From positions 11,262-75,261 of the forward strand of contig DATDWN010000016.1 of NCBI GenBank assembly GCA_036517395.1: a stretch of DNA of 64,000 nucleotides. Reading direction: 5' to 3'. Within the stretch, counting starts at the first letter, position 1; every line of letters starts with the position of its first letter. Below, piece by piece: positions 9,340 through 17,899 of the stretch. The stretch comes from Minisyncoccota bacterium. Its GTDB lineage: Bacteria; Patescibacteriota; Minisyncoccia; Phycocordibacterales; DATDWN01. The notes beneath the pieces were generated by a model. The model was given only the letters and a program-made list of their open reading frames with translations. It was not told the DNA's origin and searched no databases. Both the position numbers and the translations under genes were made by a program.

Positions 9340-10185
9340 ATGAAAAAATATTTCCTAATTATTATTTTAATAATACTAGTAATTCCATCCGTCACTTTTG
9401 CTTCTTGGTGGAACCCTTTCACTTGGAAAGTCCCTGTTAAAAATAAATCTTCCCAAACAGTACCAGCTCGGCTAGCCACTACGACTCAAGCTAAAAGTGA
9501 GATTGAAGAATTAAAAAATCAACTCAAATTAGAAAGTGAAAAACGCCAAGAATTAGAAAAGAAAATTCAAACTACAAAGGAAAGTCCAAAAACTAAGACC
9601 CAGACAGTTTCTCCGCAACCATCTACATCAGTCCAAAAACCAGTAGAACAAAAAACCTTCACTACACCCAGTGGTAGTGTTATAGACTCCAGTGGAAATG
9701 TAATATCAACACCTAAAATAGACCAGACACAAACAACCGTTCAGCCCACTAGCGACCCAACCATAGGTCCTCGCTATTATGACTCTAAAAAAACTTGTAT
9801 CGGTCTCTCAGGTAGTCAATACTCTGATTGTGTAAACTATGCATTTAGCCCTCAAGTGCAACAAAAAGAAACTCAGCAAAACACGCAACAAAGGACTACT
9901 CAAGGTGAGACGATGTCCTACACTGAGGGAGCTAGGGCGAGAGCACAACAGGATTTAGTTACAGAATATAATAATGCTAAAGCTTATATAGACCAACAAA
10001 TTATTGATATAAAAAATAAGTATTATTTAGACCTAGAACAGAATAACAACCGAGCAGTTCCAATGTCTTTTATAGAAGGAATGGCACAAAAATTACTTAC
10101 AGATGCAAATAATAAAATTAATAAACTTATACTTCAGCAACAACAATTACAGCTTGATTATCAAATAAAACTAAATAATTTATAG
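9340..10185 (+). CDS. secreted coiled-coil / Q-rich protein
   Basis: Signal peptide, 'EIEELKNQLKLESEKRQELEKK' coiled coil, Q/T-rich. Confidence 0.45.
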   Translation: MKKYFLIIILIILVIPSVTFASWWNPFTWKVPVKNKSSQTVPARLATTTQAKSEIEELKNQLKLESEKRQELEKKIQTTKESPKTKTQTVSPQPSTSVQKPVEQKTFTTPSGSVIDSSGNVISTPKIDQTQTTVQPTSDPTIGPRYYDSKKTCIGLSGSQYSDCVNYAFSPQVQQKETQQNTQQRTTQGETMSYTEGARARAQQDLVTEYNNAKAYIDQQIIDIKNKYYLDLEQNNNRAVPMSFIEGMAQKLLTDANNKINKLILQQQQLQLDYQIKLNNL

Positions 10186-10194
10186 ATACTGAAT

Positions 10195-10539
10195 ATGAAA
10201 AAATTAACTTTATTAATAGCATTATTCTGTTTCACTTTCTTTCCCTTAGTTTCTTTTGCTCACCCAGGAAGGACAGACTCATCAGGTTGCCACACCTGCA
10301 AGACTAATTGCCCTAATTGGGGGCTATCATATGGAGAGTATCATTGTCATAACTCCAAAGGCACTACCCAGCCCAAAGAGCCTATAAAGAGCACTTATGG
10401 GGCAAATGGGACCGGTTCCGTTTCTCCAGCTCCTGAGTATAAGACACCAAAGGTGGAGGCAGTTAAAACTAATACTCAAACAAGTGCGAAGACTGCAGAA
10501 AAAAGTAATTGGTTCACTCGATTATTTAGTTGGCTTTAA
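10195..10539 (+). CDS. small secreted Cys/His-rich protein
   Basis: Signal peptide; 'CHTCKTNCPNW...YHCH'. Confidence 0.45.
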   Translation: MKKLTLLIALFCFTFFPLVSFAHPGRTDSSGCHTCKTNCPNWGLSYGEYHCHNSKGTTQPKEPIKSTYGANGTGSVSPAPEYKTPKVEAVKTNTQTSAKTAEKSNWFTRLFSWL

Positions 10540-10796
10540 TAATTAATATGGAAAAGATAAAACAACAAAAATATGTAATTTTAATATCACTAATAATATT
10601 AGGGTTTGTTTTTTATTGGTTTGAATTAAGACCAAATAATATTAGAAAAGAGTGTATAAAAACTTATCCTGATGCTTTTAGAATACCGACTGATGATAAC
10701 GGTATTGGTCGTTTAATAAGTGTCGGTAACTATAAAGGTAGTATTGATAAAGCAGGTTATGAAAAATGTCTACGGGAAAATGGTTTAGATAGATAA
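10530..10796 (+). CDS. small membrane-anchored hypothetical protein
   Basis: 88-aa ORF with an N-terminal TM helix. Confidence 0.35.
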   Translation: MALIINMEKIKQQKYVILISLIILGFVFYWFELRPNNIRKECIKTYPDAFRIPTDDNGIGRLISVGNYKGSIDKAGYEKCLRENGLDR

Positions 10797-10802
10797 AATT
10801 AT

Positions 10803-11114
10803 ATGAGAATTAATAAAATATTATCAATAGTATCTGGAGTAATGCTTCTACTGGCAATTCCATCTATGTGGCCATATGGTTATTATCAATTACTTCGATG
10901 GGTAGTCTCAATAGTCGGAATTTCTAACGCTTATCAGACTTATAAATTAAATTCAAAAGGTTGGGCAATAACAATGGTAGTTATAGCTATTCTTTTTAAT
11001 CCCATAGAACCATTAATTTTCTCAAAAGGAACTTGGATTTTATTTGATTTAGCTACAGCTTTTATTATGTTTACGATGTCGTCTAAATTCAAAAATGAAG
11101 TAATAAAAAATTAA
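10803..11114 (+). CDS. small membrane protein
   Basis: 103 aa, 3 predicted TM helices. Confidence 0.4.
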   Translation: MRINKILSIVSGVMLLLAIPSMWPYGYYQLLRWVVSIVGISNAYQTYKLNSKGWAITMVVIAILFNPIEPLIFSKGTWILFDLATAFIMFTMSSKFKNEVIKN

Positions 11115-11119
11115 TTAAT

Positions 11120-11305
11120 ATGAGAAACTTAATAGCACTTATATCTACAGAAGGAAAGTCTCCGGAACAAATTAAAAAAGAGACAGTTTTGGCATTTCAA
11201 AAATATCAGGAAGTAAAAAGCCAAGTTGAAAAGCAATTAAAAGAAACCCAAAAGGAAGTGAGATCACAGATAGTCTTTATTCCGAAGTTTGTCCCAAAAA
11301 AATAG
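11120..11305 (+). CDS. small charged hypothetical protein
   Basis: 61-aa K/E-rich ORF. Confidence 0.3.
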   Translation: MRNLIALISTEGKSPEQIKKETVLAFQKYQEVKSQVEKQLKETQKEVRSQIVFIPKFVPKK

Positions 11306-11595
11306 GATTTTAGAAAGAGTCGTCATTCATAGATGTCTGTACATCAAAATGAACTTTTACCTCCTAAAAACTCTTCTAAAATGCTGTATTACTTCAAAAA
11401 TGTGGATAACTTGACCTTTTTATGTATGTGGAATAGTATAATGAACCTACACGAATGTACCGTGCTCTATAATTCCTTACGGTACACATACACAAATAAT
11501 TATGTTTTCTTGCCACTTTTTTCTGATAAAGAGAAAAAAGTCTGCGGTCTCCGTGAGGAGCTCTTTTTTATTATATAAAATTTCGGCGTAAGATG

Positions 11596-11698
11596 TGAGC
11601 TGGATAGGACTCGAACCTATATCATGACCTTAGAATGGTCAGCCCTGGGGAGGGTATAGTTTTCAAGACTACTGTTCTATCCATTGAACTACCAGCCC
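11596..11698 (-). tRNA. atypical tRNA, anticodon UGA (Ser-like) with extra hairpin; ~103 nt
   Basis: Reverse complement folds: acceptor GGGCTGG/CCAGCTC, D-arm GTTC-AATGGATA-GAAC, anticodon arm GTAGT-CTTGAAA-ACTAT, variable hairpin CCCT-CCCC-AGGG, an additional TGACC-ATTCTAA-GGTCA hairpin, T-arm ATAGG-TTCGAGT-CCTAT. Confidence 0.55.
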
Positions 11699-12757
11699 AC
11701 ATCCTACTCCAAAATTTGGAGTAGAGAAAAACCAATTAAAGTTTTTTCTTTTTATCAGAAGTGCCTTTCTTCTTTGCGGGAGGGGGCATTTTCTGTTTTT
11801 CCTCGTCAACTTCAAAACAAAACGCTCTCAGACCTTTTTCCCATGCATAAAGTATTTTTCCGTTACGCAAAGTAATAAAAGGTCTACATATGAGTGTAGC
11901 CACTTTATTTTATCTATCTGTATCCTAATAATGCCTTTGCTCTTTAGGCGAGCCGTTACGGCTGACACAATTTTCCGTTGGTATAGTTTAGATTACTTAT
12001 TATATAGCTAATCTTATAAACCCAACTCGGCTTTTTGCTTTAGGAACGATTTAGTGGACAGCACTCTGGGAGTTACCCCTCAAGTTTACACCTGGGAAAG
12101 TTTCCTTCCCCAAAATGCTTTCCACCAAATCTTTCAAAAAACATCTTGTCGAGTGCTGTCCACCAATGACTTATTCATCGGTACCATAATTATACTACAT
12201 ACAGTTTTCATTGCAAATAAAATTTCAATATAAAGTTGTGGACAGCCCAAAAAATCAGAAAAATAAAAAATAGATTTTGACTAATCTGTTTTTATAGAAA
12301 AGCTTGGGTAGGGTATGTACCCCCCCACCCCAAAAACACCCTTTATTGCATGGGATGACCTATTGGCGGTATTTCCTCACCACCCCCTGCCAAAGTCGGG
12401 GGTAGATGCACCTCCACCCCCTGGACCATATACGAAGCTTGGAGCGTGTTATGTTAAGATTGGTACATAAAACATTGTGTTTTGGCTCTCATACCAAGTT
12501 CTAACAGCCTCAACAGTGTTCCGCATATACGACGAACCCCACGCGCTCAGCTTACGCGTGGGGACAGGCTGGTAGCTCTCAGGAGAACAGTGATACTACC
12601 AACCATCGAAGAAGGAACGGGAAACCGAAGACGATCACTATGGTCATGATGACCATGCCAAGCAGTAGGGCTTGGCCGTCATGCTCAGTGCAAGACTCGG
12701 GACTGGTCACAATTACCCTCCACTATTCTTTTTACTACAAAACCAATTTTTAATCAA

Positions 12758-12788
12758 CCCTGTAGTGAGTTTCGCTCTACTACGGGGC
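12758..12788. repeat. family B (CCCTGTAGT...ACTACGGGG) element, short copy upstream of miaA
   Basis: CCCTGTAGTGAGTTTCGCTCTACTACGGGG. Confidence 0.6.
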
Positions 12789-12809
12789 AAGGAATCTCTT
12801 AATTTCTCT

Positions 12810-13694
12810 CTAAATCCTAGTTATTTCACCAGGTTTAAACCATTTTATTCTTTTGTCTCTCTTAAACCAGACCATTTGGCGTTTGGCATAGTGCCAGATT
12901 TCGGTTTCGAGTTTTTTGATAAAGTTTTCTTTCGTAATTTTCTTTTCCATAAAATCGGCGAGATATCTATACTCCAAACCAAGCTCTCTCATACGTTTCC
13001 AAGATAGGCCGTTTTTATGTAGATTTTTTGCCTCGGTTATCATGCCTGCTCTAATTCGCGCGAATAGGCGAACATGTATTCTCTTTTTTAATTCTTTATC
13101 AGGCAACCTCAATCCTATTTGTAAAAATTTGTAAGGATTTTCACCCATTTTTATTTCCGGAGTTCTGCCTAGTGCTGTTGCAATTTCAATGGCTCGTATT
13201 AGTCTCACAGGGTTTTTAATATCAATATTTGAAAATCGTCTTGGGTCTAATTTAACCAAGATTGTTTGTAATTCCGCCAAACCTTTTTTCTCTAATTTTT
13301 TTCGCAATACTTTATTTGGTGGTACTTCTGGTAGGATAACATTTTCAACTATTGATTGAATATAAAATCCAGTGCCCCCACAGATTATGGGCAGTTTGCC
13401 TCGAGAGATTATGTTTTTAATTATTTTTTCCGTTTTTTCCTTCCATTCGCTTACCGTAAAAACTTTTTTTGGCGATACTATGTCTAGCATATGGTGGGGA
13501 ACACCTCGCATCTCTTTTTTCGTAATTTTTCCCGTACCGATATCCAAATCTTTGTAAACCTGTCTCGAATCAGCAGAAATCACCTCGCCCTTATATTTTC
13601 GAGCGAGTTTTACAGCCAAACCGCTCTTGCCCGTGGCTGTTGGGCCAAGAATTACAAGAATTTTAGAACTATTTTTGCTTGATTTTTCTCTCAT
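12810..13694 (-). CDS. miaA: tRNA dimethylallyltransferase
   Basis: P-loop 'GPTATGKSGLAVKLA', 'ISADSRQVYKDLDIGTGK', 'VPHHMLD'. Confidence 0.9.
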   Translation of the reverse strand: MREKSSKNSSKILVILGPTATGKSGLAVKLARKYKGEVISADSRQVYKDLDIGTGKITKKEMRGVPHHMLDIVSPKKVFTVSEWKEKTEKIIKNIISRGKLPIICGGTGFYIQSIVENVILPEVPPNKVLRKKLEKKGLAELQTILVKLDPRRFSNIDIKNPVRLIRAIEIATALGRTPEIKMGENPYKFLQIGLRLPDKELKKRIHVRLFARIRAGMITEAKNLHKNGLSWKRMRELGLEYRYLADFMEKKITKENFIKKLETEIWHYAKRQMVWFKRDKRIKWFKPGEITRI

Positions 13695-13715
13695 TTCCGT
13701 TATTATACATTACAT

Positions 13716-13801
13716 GTCGGAGTGGCGGAACGGTAGACGCGATGGACTCAAAATCCATTGATGGCAACATCATGAGAGTTCAAGTCTCTCCTCCGACACC
13801 A
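13716..13801 (+). tRNA. tRNA-Leu (anticodon CAA), class II
   Basis: Acceptor GTCGGAG/CTCCGAC, anticodon arm ATGGA-CTCAAAA-TCCAT, long variable arm TGATGGCAACATCATGA, T-arm GAGAG-TTCAAGT-CTCTC, CCA encoded. Confidence 0.8.
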
Positions 13802-13807
13802 GTTTAA

Positions 13808-15160
13808 TTAATCCAAGACTTTTATATTTGCTCCAATAGCGTTTAGTCTTTCAGCTATATTTTCATATCCGCGTTTTATGGAATACACATTGCGCAAAGT
13901 GGATTCTCCCTTAGCACCGAGCATCGCAACCAAAATCATCGTTGCTGGGCGTAGAGCGGGGGGACACACAAGATCATTTCCCTTCAGATCTGTTGGCCCC
14001 TGGACAAAAACTCTATGTTGATCAGCTAAAACAATATTTGCGCCAAGGTGATTTAACTCGGTAAAATAAATTGCCCGATTTTCCCACATCCAATCATGAA
14101 TCAGTGTCGTGCCGTTAGTCGCTGTAGCAATAGGCACAAAAAACGGCAAATTATCACTGTTAATTCCAGGATATGCCGAGGCGTGGATTTTTTCGCCTAA
14201 AGCTTGGAGTAGGGAAGGGTGGATCGTGATGTCGCACAAACGAGTTCGGCCGTTTTGAGCGAAATATATTTCTGATTTTTCATAATTTAGTCCCATTTTC
14301 TCAAGTTTCAAAAGTTCAAGGGATAAAAAGTCAATCGGGCATCGTGTTATAGACAACGTGGAGCCTGTGACAATAGCGGCAGAAATAAACATCATTGATT
14401 CTGTCGGGTCTTCGCTGTTGAAATACTCTATGGGTTTGTTTATCTCCTTTATTCCATGGACTACAAGAGTCGATGTGCCAATTCCGTCAATTATTACTCC
14501 GCATTTTTCCAAGAAAAAACAAACCTCTTGGACTTGGTAGTTCGGTGGGGTAAATCGCAAAGTGGTTTGGCTGGGAATCAATGCTGAAGTCAAAAGAAGA
14601 TTTTCTGTAGCGGTGTCTGAGGCTTCGTAGAGGACAATGTCCGCTGGTTTCAATTTATTACAGGAAATTTCGTAATAGGATTCTTTTGTCAAAATTTTTA
14701 CACCCAATGATTCCAAACCATATTTGTGAGCGGCAATAGTTCGCTGTCCCATTTTACATCCGCCGGCGTGTGGTAGGCTAAATTTTTTCTCGAAATGTAT
14801 TAAAGCTCCGATTCCCATTATTATTGAACGGATTCTACTAGATGCCTTACTGTTTATTTTTTCAATATGAAACTTTTTGGGTGGAGTAATTCTAACAGAG
14901 TTTTTTCCAATCCATTCCACTTTTACTCCTATGCTTTCAAATATTTCTATAATACGAAATATTTCCTCTATGCGAGGAATACCATGCAGTATGGTCTCTG
15001 CTTTATTCAGAAGTGATGCACAAAACAGTCCCATGGCACCGTTTTTGGAAGTGTTTGTCTGTATCGTGCCAGAAAGTTTCCTCCCTCCGACTATCTTGAA
15101 ATTGTCAGTTTCGCTTGTTGTTTTTTCCATCAGGCGGATTATAGCATATCGATTATGCAT
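13808..15160 (-). CDS. murA: UDP-N-acetylglucosamine 1-carboxyvinyltransferase
   Basis: Whole-length similarity to MurA, e.g. 'RVFVQGPTDLKGNDLVCPPALRPATMILVAML...', 'IKRGYENIAERLNAIGANI'. Confidence 0.9.
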   Translation of the reverse strand: MHNRYAIIRLMEKTTSETDNFKIVGGRKLSGTIQTNTSKNGAMGLFCASLLNKAETILHGIPRIEEIFRIIEIFESIGVKVEWIGKNSVRITPPKKFHIEKINSKASSRIRSIIMGIGALIHFEKKFSLPHAGGCKMGQRTIAAHKYGLESLGVKILTKESYYEISCNKLKPADIVLYEASDTATENLLLTSALIPSQTTLRFTPPNYQVQEVCFFLEKCGVIIDGIGTSTLVVHGIKEINKPIEYFNSEDPTESMMFISAAIVTGSTLSITRCPIDFLSLELLKLEKMGLNYEKSEIYFAQNGRTRLCDITIHPSLLQALGEKIHASAYPGINSDNLPFFVPIATATNGTTLIHDWMWENRAIYFTELNHLGANIVLADQHRVFVQGPTDLKGNDLVCPPALRPATMILVAMLGAKGESTLRNVYSIKRGYENIAERLNAIGANIKVLD

Positions 15161-15241
15161 TAATCATTTGAGCTCATAGTTGTTCCGTGATATTATTATT
15201 GGACTTTCACACTTTATACTTTCAACTTTTAACTAATCATC

Positions 15242-16276
15242 ATGTCACAATTTTATAACGATTCTATTTTCTGGGTTGATGTGGACAAAATACATCCAAA
15301 CCCCTTTCAGCCAAGGCGGGAGTTTGACCCCGCTCAAATGCAAAGCCTTTCTGACTCCATAAGACAGTACGGTGTGTTGCAGGCCCTTGTCGTAACTCGT
15401 GTAGAAAAGCCAAAAGAGGACGGGGGACTGGCTGTGGAGTATGAACTCATAGCAGGTGAGCGCCGTCTTCGCGCCTCTAAACTGGCTGGACTTTCACAGG
15501 TGCCTGTTCTGATAAAAGTGGGAGATGAAGGCAACGACTTGATGAAACTTGAGCTGGCTATAATAGAAAACATTCAGCGCGAGGATCTCAATCCTGTTGA
15601 TCGTGCTCGTGCTTTCCAGCGTTTGATAGACGAGTTTGGTTTTACACACACGGCAATCGCCAAAAAAGTTGGAAAGAGTCGCGAGTATGTTTCCAACTCT
15701 GTCCGTCTTCTTGCTCTTCCTCCTGAAATTTTGGACGCACTATCTCAAGGTAAAATTTCCGAAGGGCACGCTAGACCTCTCATGATGCTCGGTGACAGAC
15801 CAGAAGAACAGAATACGTTGTTTAAAGAAATAATGTTCAGAAAGCTTACTGTTCGCGAGGCAGAAGCCATAAGTCGTCGTATCGCTTATGACAAAATCAG
15901 GAAGAAGGGTGCAACTCTTGACCCGGAAACACAGGAAATGGAAGAGAAACTAACCGAGACACTTGGTACGCGAGTTTCCATAGAAAAGCGTGAAAACGGT
16001 GGTAAGATTTTGATAGATTTTTTCTCAACTGAAGATCTGAAGGGGATATTGGAACTTTTGAAATCAAATAAAACAAAATCCCCAACAGAACTTCTAGACA
16101 AGCACATAGGAGCCAACCCGATCCCGCCAGTAAACGAATTTGTCCCAAACTATGTTCGCGACGAAAAACTAGCTGATATGACGCTGGCTGACTTGGATGA
16201 CAGAACTCCAGAGCAAAAGAAGCAAGAAGAGAATAGTGAGGATGAGATATACTCGATAAAAAATTTTAGTATATAA
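15242..16276 (+). CDS. parB: ParB/Spo0J-like partition protein
   Basis: 'LIAGERRLRASKLAGL' ParB box and 'IENIQREDLNPVDRA' HTH region; no adjacent parA. Confidence 0.8.
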   Translation: MSQFYNDSIFWVDVDKIHPNPFQPRREFDPAQMQSLSDSIRQYGVLQALVVTRVEKPKEDGGLAVEYELIAGERRLRASKLAGLSQVPVLIKVGDEGNDLMKLELAIIENIQREDLNPVDRARAFQRLIDEFGFTHTAIAKKVGKSREYVSNSVRLLALPPEILDALSQGKISEGHARPLMMLGDRPEEQNTLFKEIMFRKLTVREAEAISRRIAYDKIRKKGATLDPETQEMEEKLTETLGTRVSIEKRENGGKILIDFFSTEDLKGILELLKSNKTKSPTELLDKHIGANPIPPVNEFVPNYVRDEKLADMTLADLDDRTPEQKKQEENSEDEIYSIKNFSI

Positions 16277-16284
16277 ATGTAAAA

Positions 16285-16400
16285 AATAAACCTCGTCGAA
16301 CCAAATCTTTTGGAAGACTCCGCAGACGATTTGGAAATTAAGAAGGTAATCCGACTATAATTTCCTAGATCGTCGAGGCTAAGCAAAATCGTACCAACGA
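16285..16400. repeat. family E-related palindromic element between parB and relA
   Basis: AACCTCGTCGAACC...GATCGTCGAGGC arms; core GGAAATTAAGAAGGTAATCCGACTATAATTTCC resembles the 39750 core. Confidence 0.45.
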
Positions 16401-16438
16401 TTTATGCGGTCTGGAAAAAGGGTTGGTGAGTAAGAGAT

Positions 16439-17899
16439 TTATTTTTTACTGTCCAAGGCGTTATTGATTCGCCTCTTTGCCATTGTTGTCTTGCAAAACG
16501 GCAACCATTTTTGATTTGGTTTGGCACTTTTTTTGGTTTCTATCTCCACCCGATCACCACTAACCAGTGTGCTTGTTATGGCTACCATCTTTCCATTGAC
16601 CTTTGCTCCTGACATATGGTCACCGACGTCGGTGTGTATTGCATAGGCAAAGTCTATGGTCGAAGAACCCTTTGGCAGATCAATAACATCGCCGATGGGC
16701 GTGAAGACAAAAATACGTTCTTCAAAAAAGTCATGTTTGATTCCTTCTACGAATTCATCCCCAGCCTCTTTTTGATATTCGATCAGCTCTTTAATCCATC
16801 CCGCCACACCTTCTTCTTTATATGATAGATGCGAGGCTATTCCATGCTCGGCTTCTTTATGCATATCTTCCGTTCGTATCTGAACTTCGATAATACCTCC
16901 GTCACCGGTAAATATAGTGGTGTGGATAGATTTGTAACCATTTAACTTTGGTGAGGCAATATAGTCCTTGATCCTTCCCGGAAGAGGTCTCCATGAACCA
17001 TGTATTATGCCTAGTATTTTATAGCAATCAGAAAGTTTCGAAACAATTATTCTCAAAGCCGAGATATCATAAATGTTTTCTACATTTTCCTTGTACTTCT
17101 GCATTTTCTTGTAGAGGGAATATATGCTTTTGACACGGTGGTCCATGCTGAAATCGGTGATACCGTTTTTGGCCAACTCTTTCTTTAAGGATTTTTGAAA
17201 TTTGTCCAGATGCTTTTCCACTTCTCCTCTTTTCTCTTTCATTATTTTTTTTATCTCTTTTGATTTTTCCGGATAAAGATAAGCAAAAGACAAATCCTCC
17301 AACTCTCTTTGCAGTTTTTTGATTCCTAATCGGTATGCTAAAGGGGCGTATATTTCCAGAGTCTCTTGGGCGATGCTAAGTTGTTTCTCTTTTGGAAGAA
17401 ACTCCAAGGTTTGCATATTGTGTAAGCGATCACAGAGCTTTATGATTAATACTCTCAAGTCTTTTGAGACCGCTAAGAAAAATTTACGTAAACTTTCATT
17501 GTATCGGTTTGTACCCCCGTATTTTATTTTTCCAAGTTTTGTCACACCCTCCACAAGAAATAAAATCTCATCACCAAACTCCTTTTTTATATCCTCTGCT
17601 GTAGTTTTCCTATCTTCTATGCAGTCATGCAAAAAGCCAGCAGCAATAGTTGAGACTCCCATACCCAGTTCGGCGATATTTTTTGCTACTGCAAAGAGGT
17701 GATCAAAATATGGCCCACCGCTTTTTCGGAGATGACCCTCATGAGCTTTTTGGCTAAAAGCATAGGCTTTTTGGATTAAATCAAGATCTTTTGGGCTTGG
17801 ATTATCCAAAAAAGATGTAATTTCTTTTACATTGTTCATTCCCCAATTGTAGTCAAAATAGGATAGATTACAATTACTTTGATTTCTTTTTGAAACCAC
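16439..17899 (-). CDS. (p)ppGpp synthetase/hydrolase, short RelA/SpoT form (HD + synthetase + TGS)
   Basis: HD 'FLHDCIEDRKTTAEDI', synthetase 'YDISALRIIV', TGS 'GDVIDLPKGSSTIDFAYAIH'. No C-terminal ACT. Overlaps topA by 26 nt. Confidence 0.8.
   Translation of the reverse strand: MVSKRNQSNCNLSYFDYNWGMNNVKEITSFLDNPSPKDLDLIQKAYAFSQKAHEGHLRKSGGPYFDHLFAVAKNIAELGMGVSTIAAGFLHDCIEDRKTTAEDIKKEFGDEILFLVEGVTKLGKIKYGGTNRYNESLRKFFLAVSKDLRVLIIKLCDRLHNMQTLEFLPKEKQLSIAQETLEIYAPLAYRLGIKKLQRELEDLSFAYLYPEKSKEIKKIMKEKRGEVEKHLDKFQKSLKKELAKNGITDFSMDHRVKSIYSLYKKMQKYKENVENIYDISALRIIVSKLSDCYKILGIIHGSWRPLPGRIKDYIASPKLNGYKSIHTTIFTGDGGIIEVQIRTEDMHKEAEHGIASHLSYKEEGVAGWIKELIEYQKEAGDEFVEGIKHDFFEERIFVFTPIGDVIDLPKGSSTIDFAYAIHTDVGDHMSGAKVNGKMVAITSTLVSGDRVEIETKKSAKPNQKWLPFCKTTMAKRRINNALDSKK

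Noticed and set aside
11333-11578. 81-aa ORF MSVHQNELLPPKNSSK...
   Set aside because: Low-complexity, no motif, overlaps a region better explained as intergenic or tRNA-flank; likely spurious.
12560-12700. 5S rRNA-like fragment
   Set aside because: Only a weak CCAUGCC-like match; no helix I/IV pattern. No rRNA was identified in the window.
12672-13134. Plus-strand ORFs overlapping miaA, and the many 60-130-aa ORFs antisense to topA, serS, uvrA, uvrB, copA and the LysM gene
   Set aside because: They lie antisense to well-supported genes with clear motifs and have no motifs of their own; GC-rich antisense ORFs within the LysM gene are a composition artefact.
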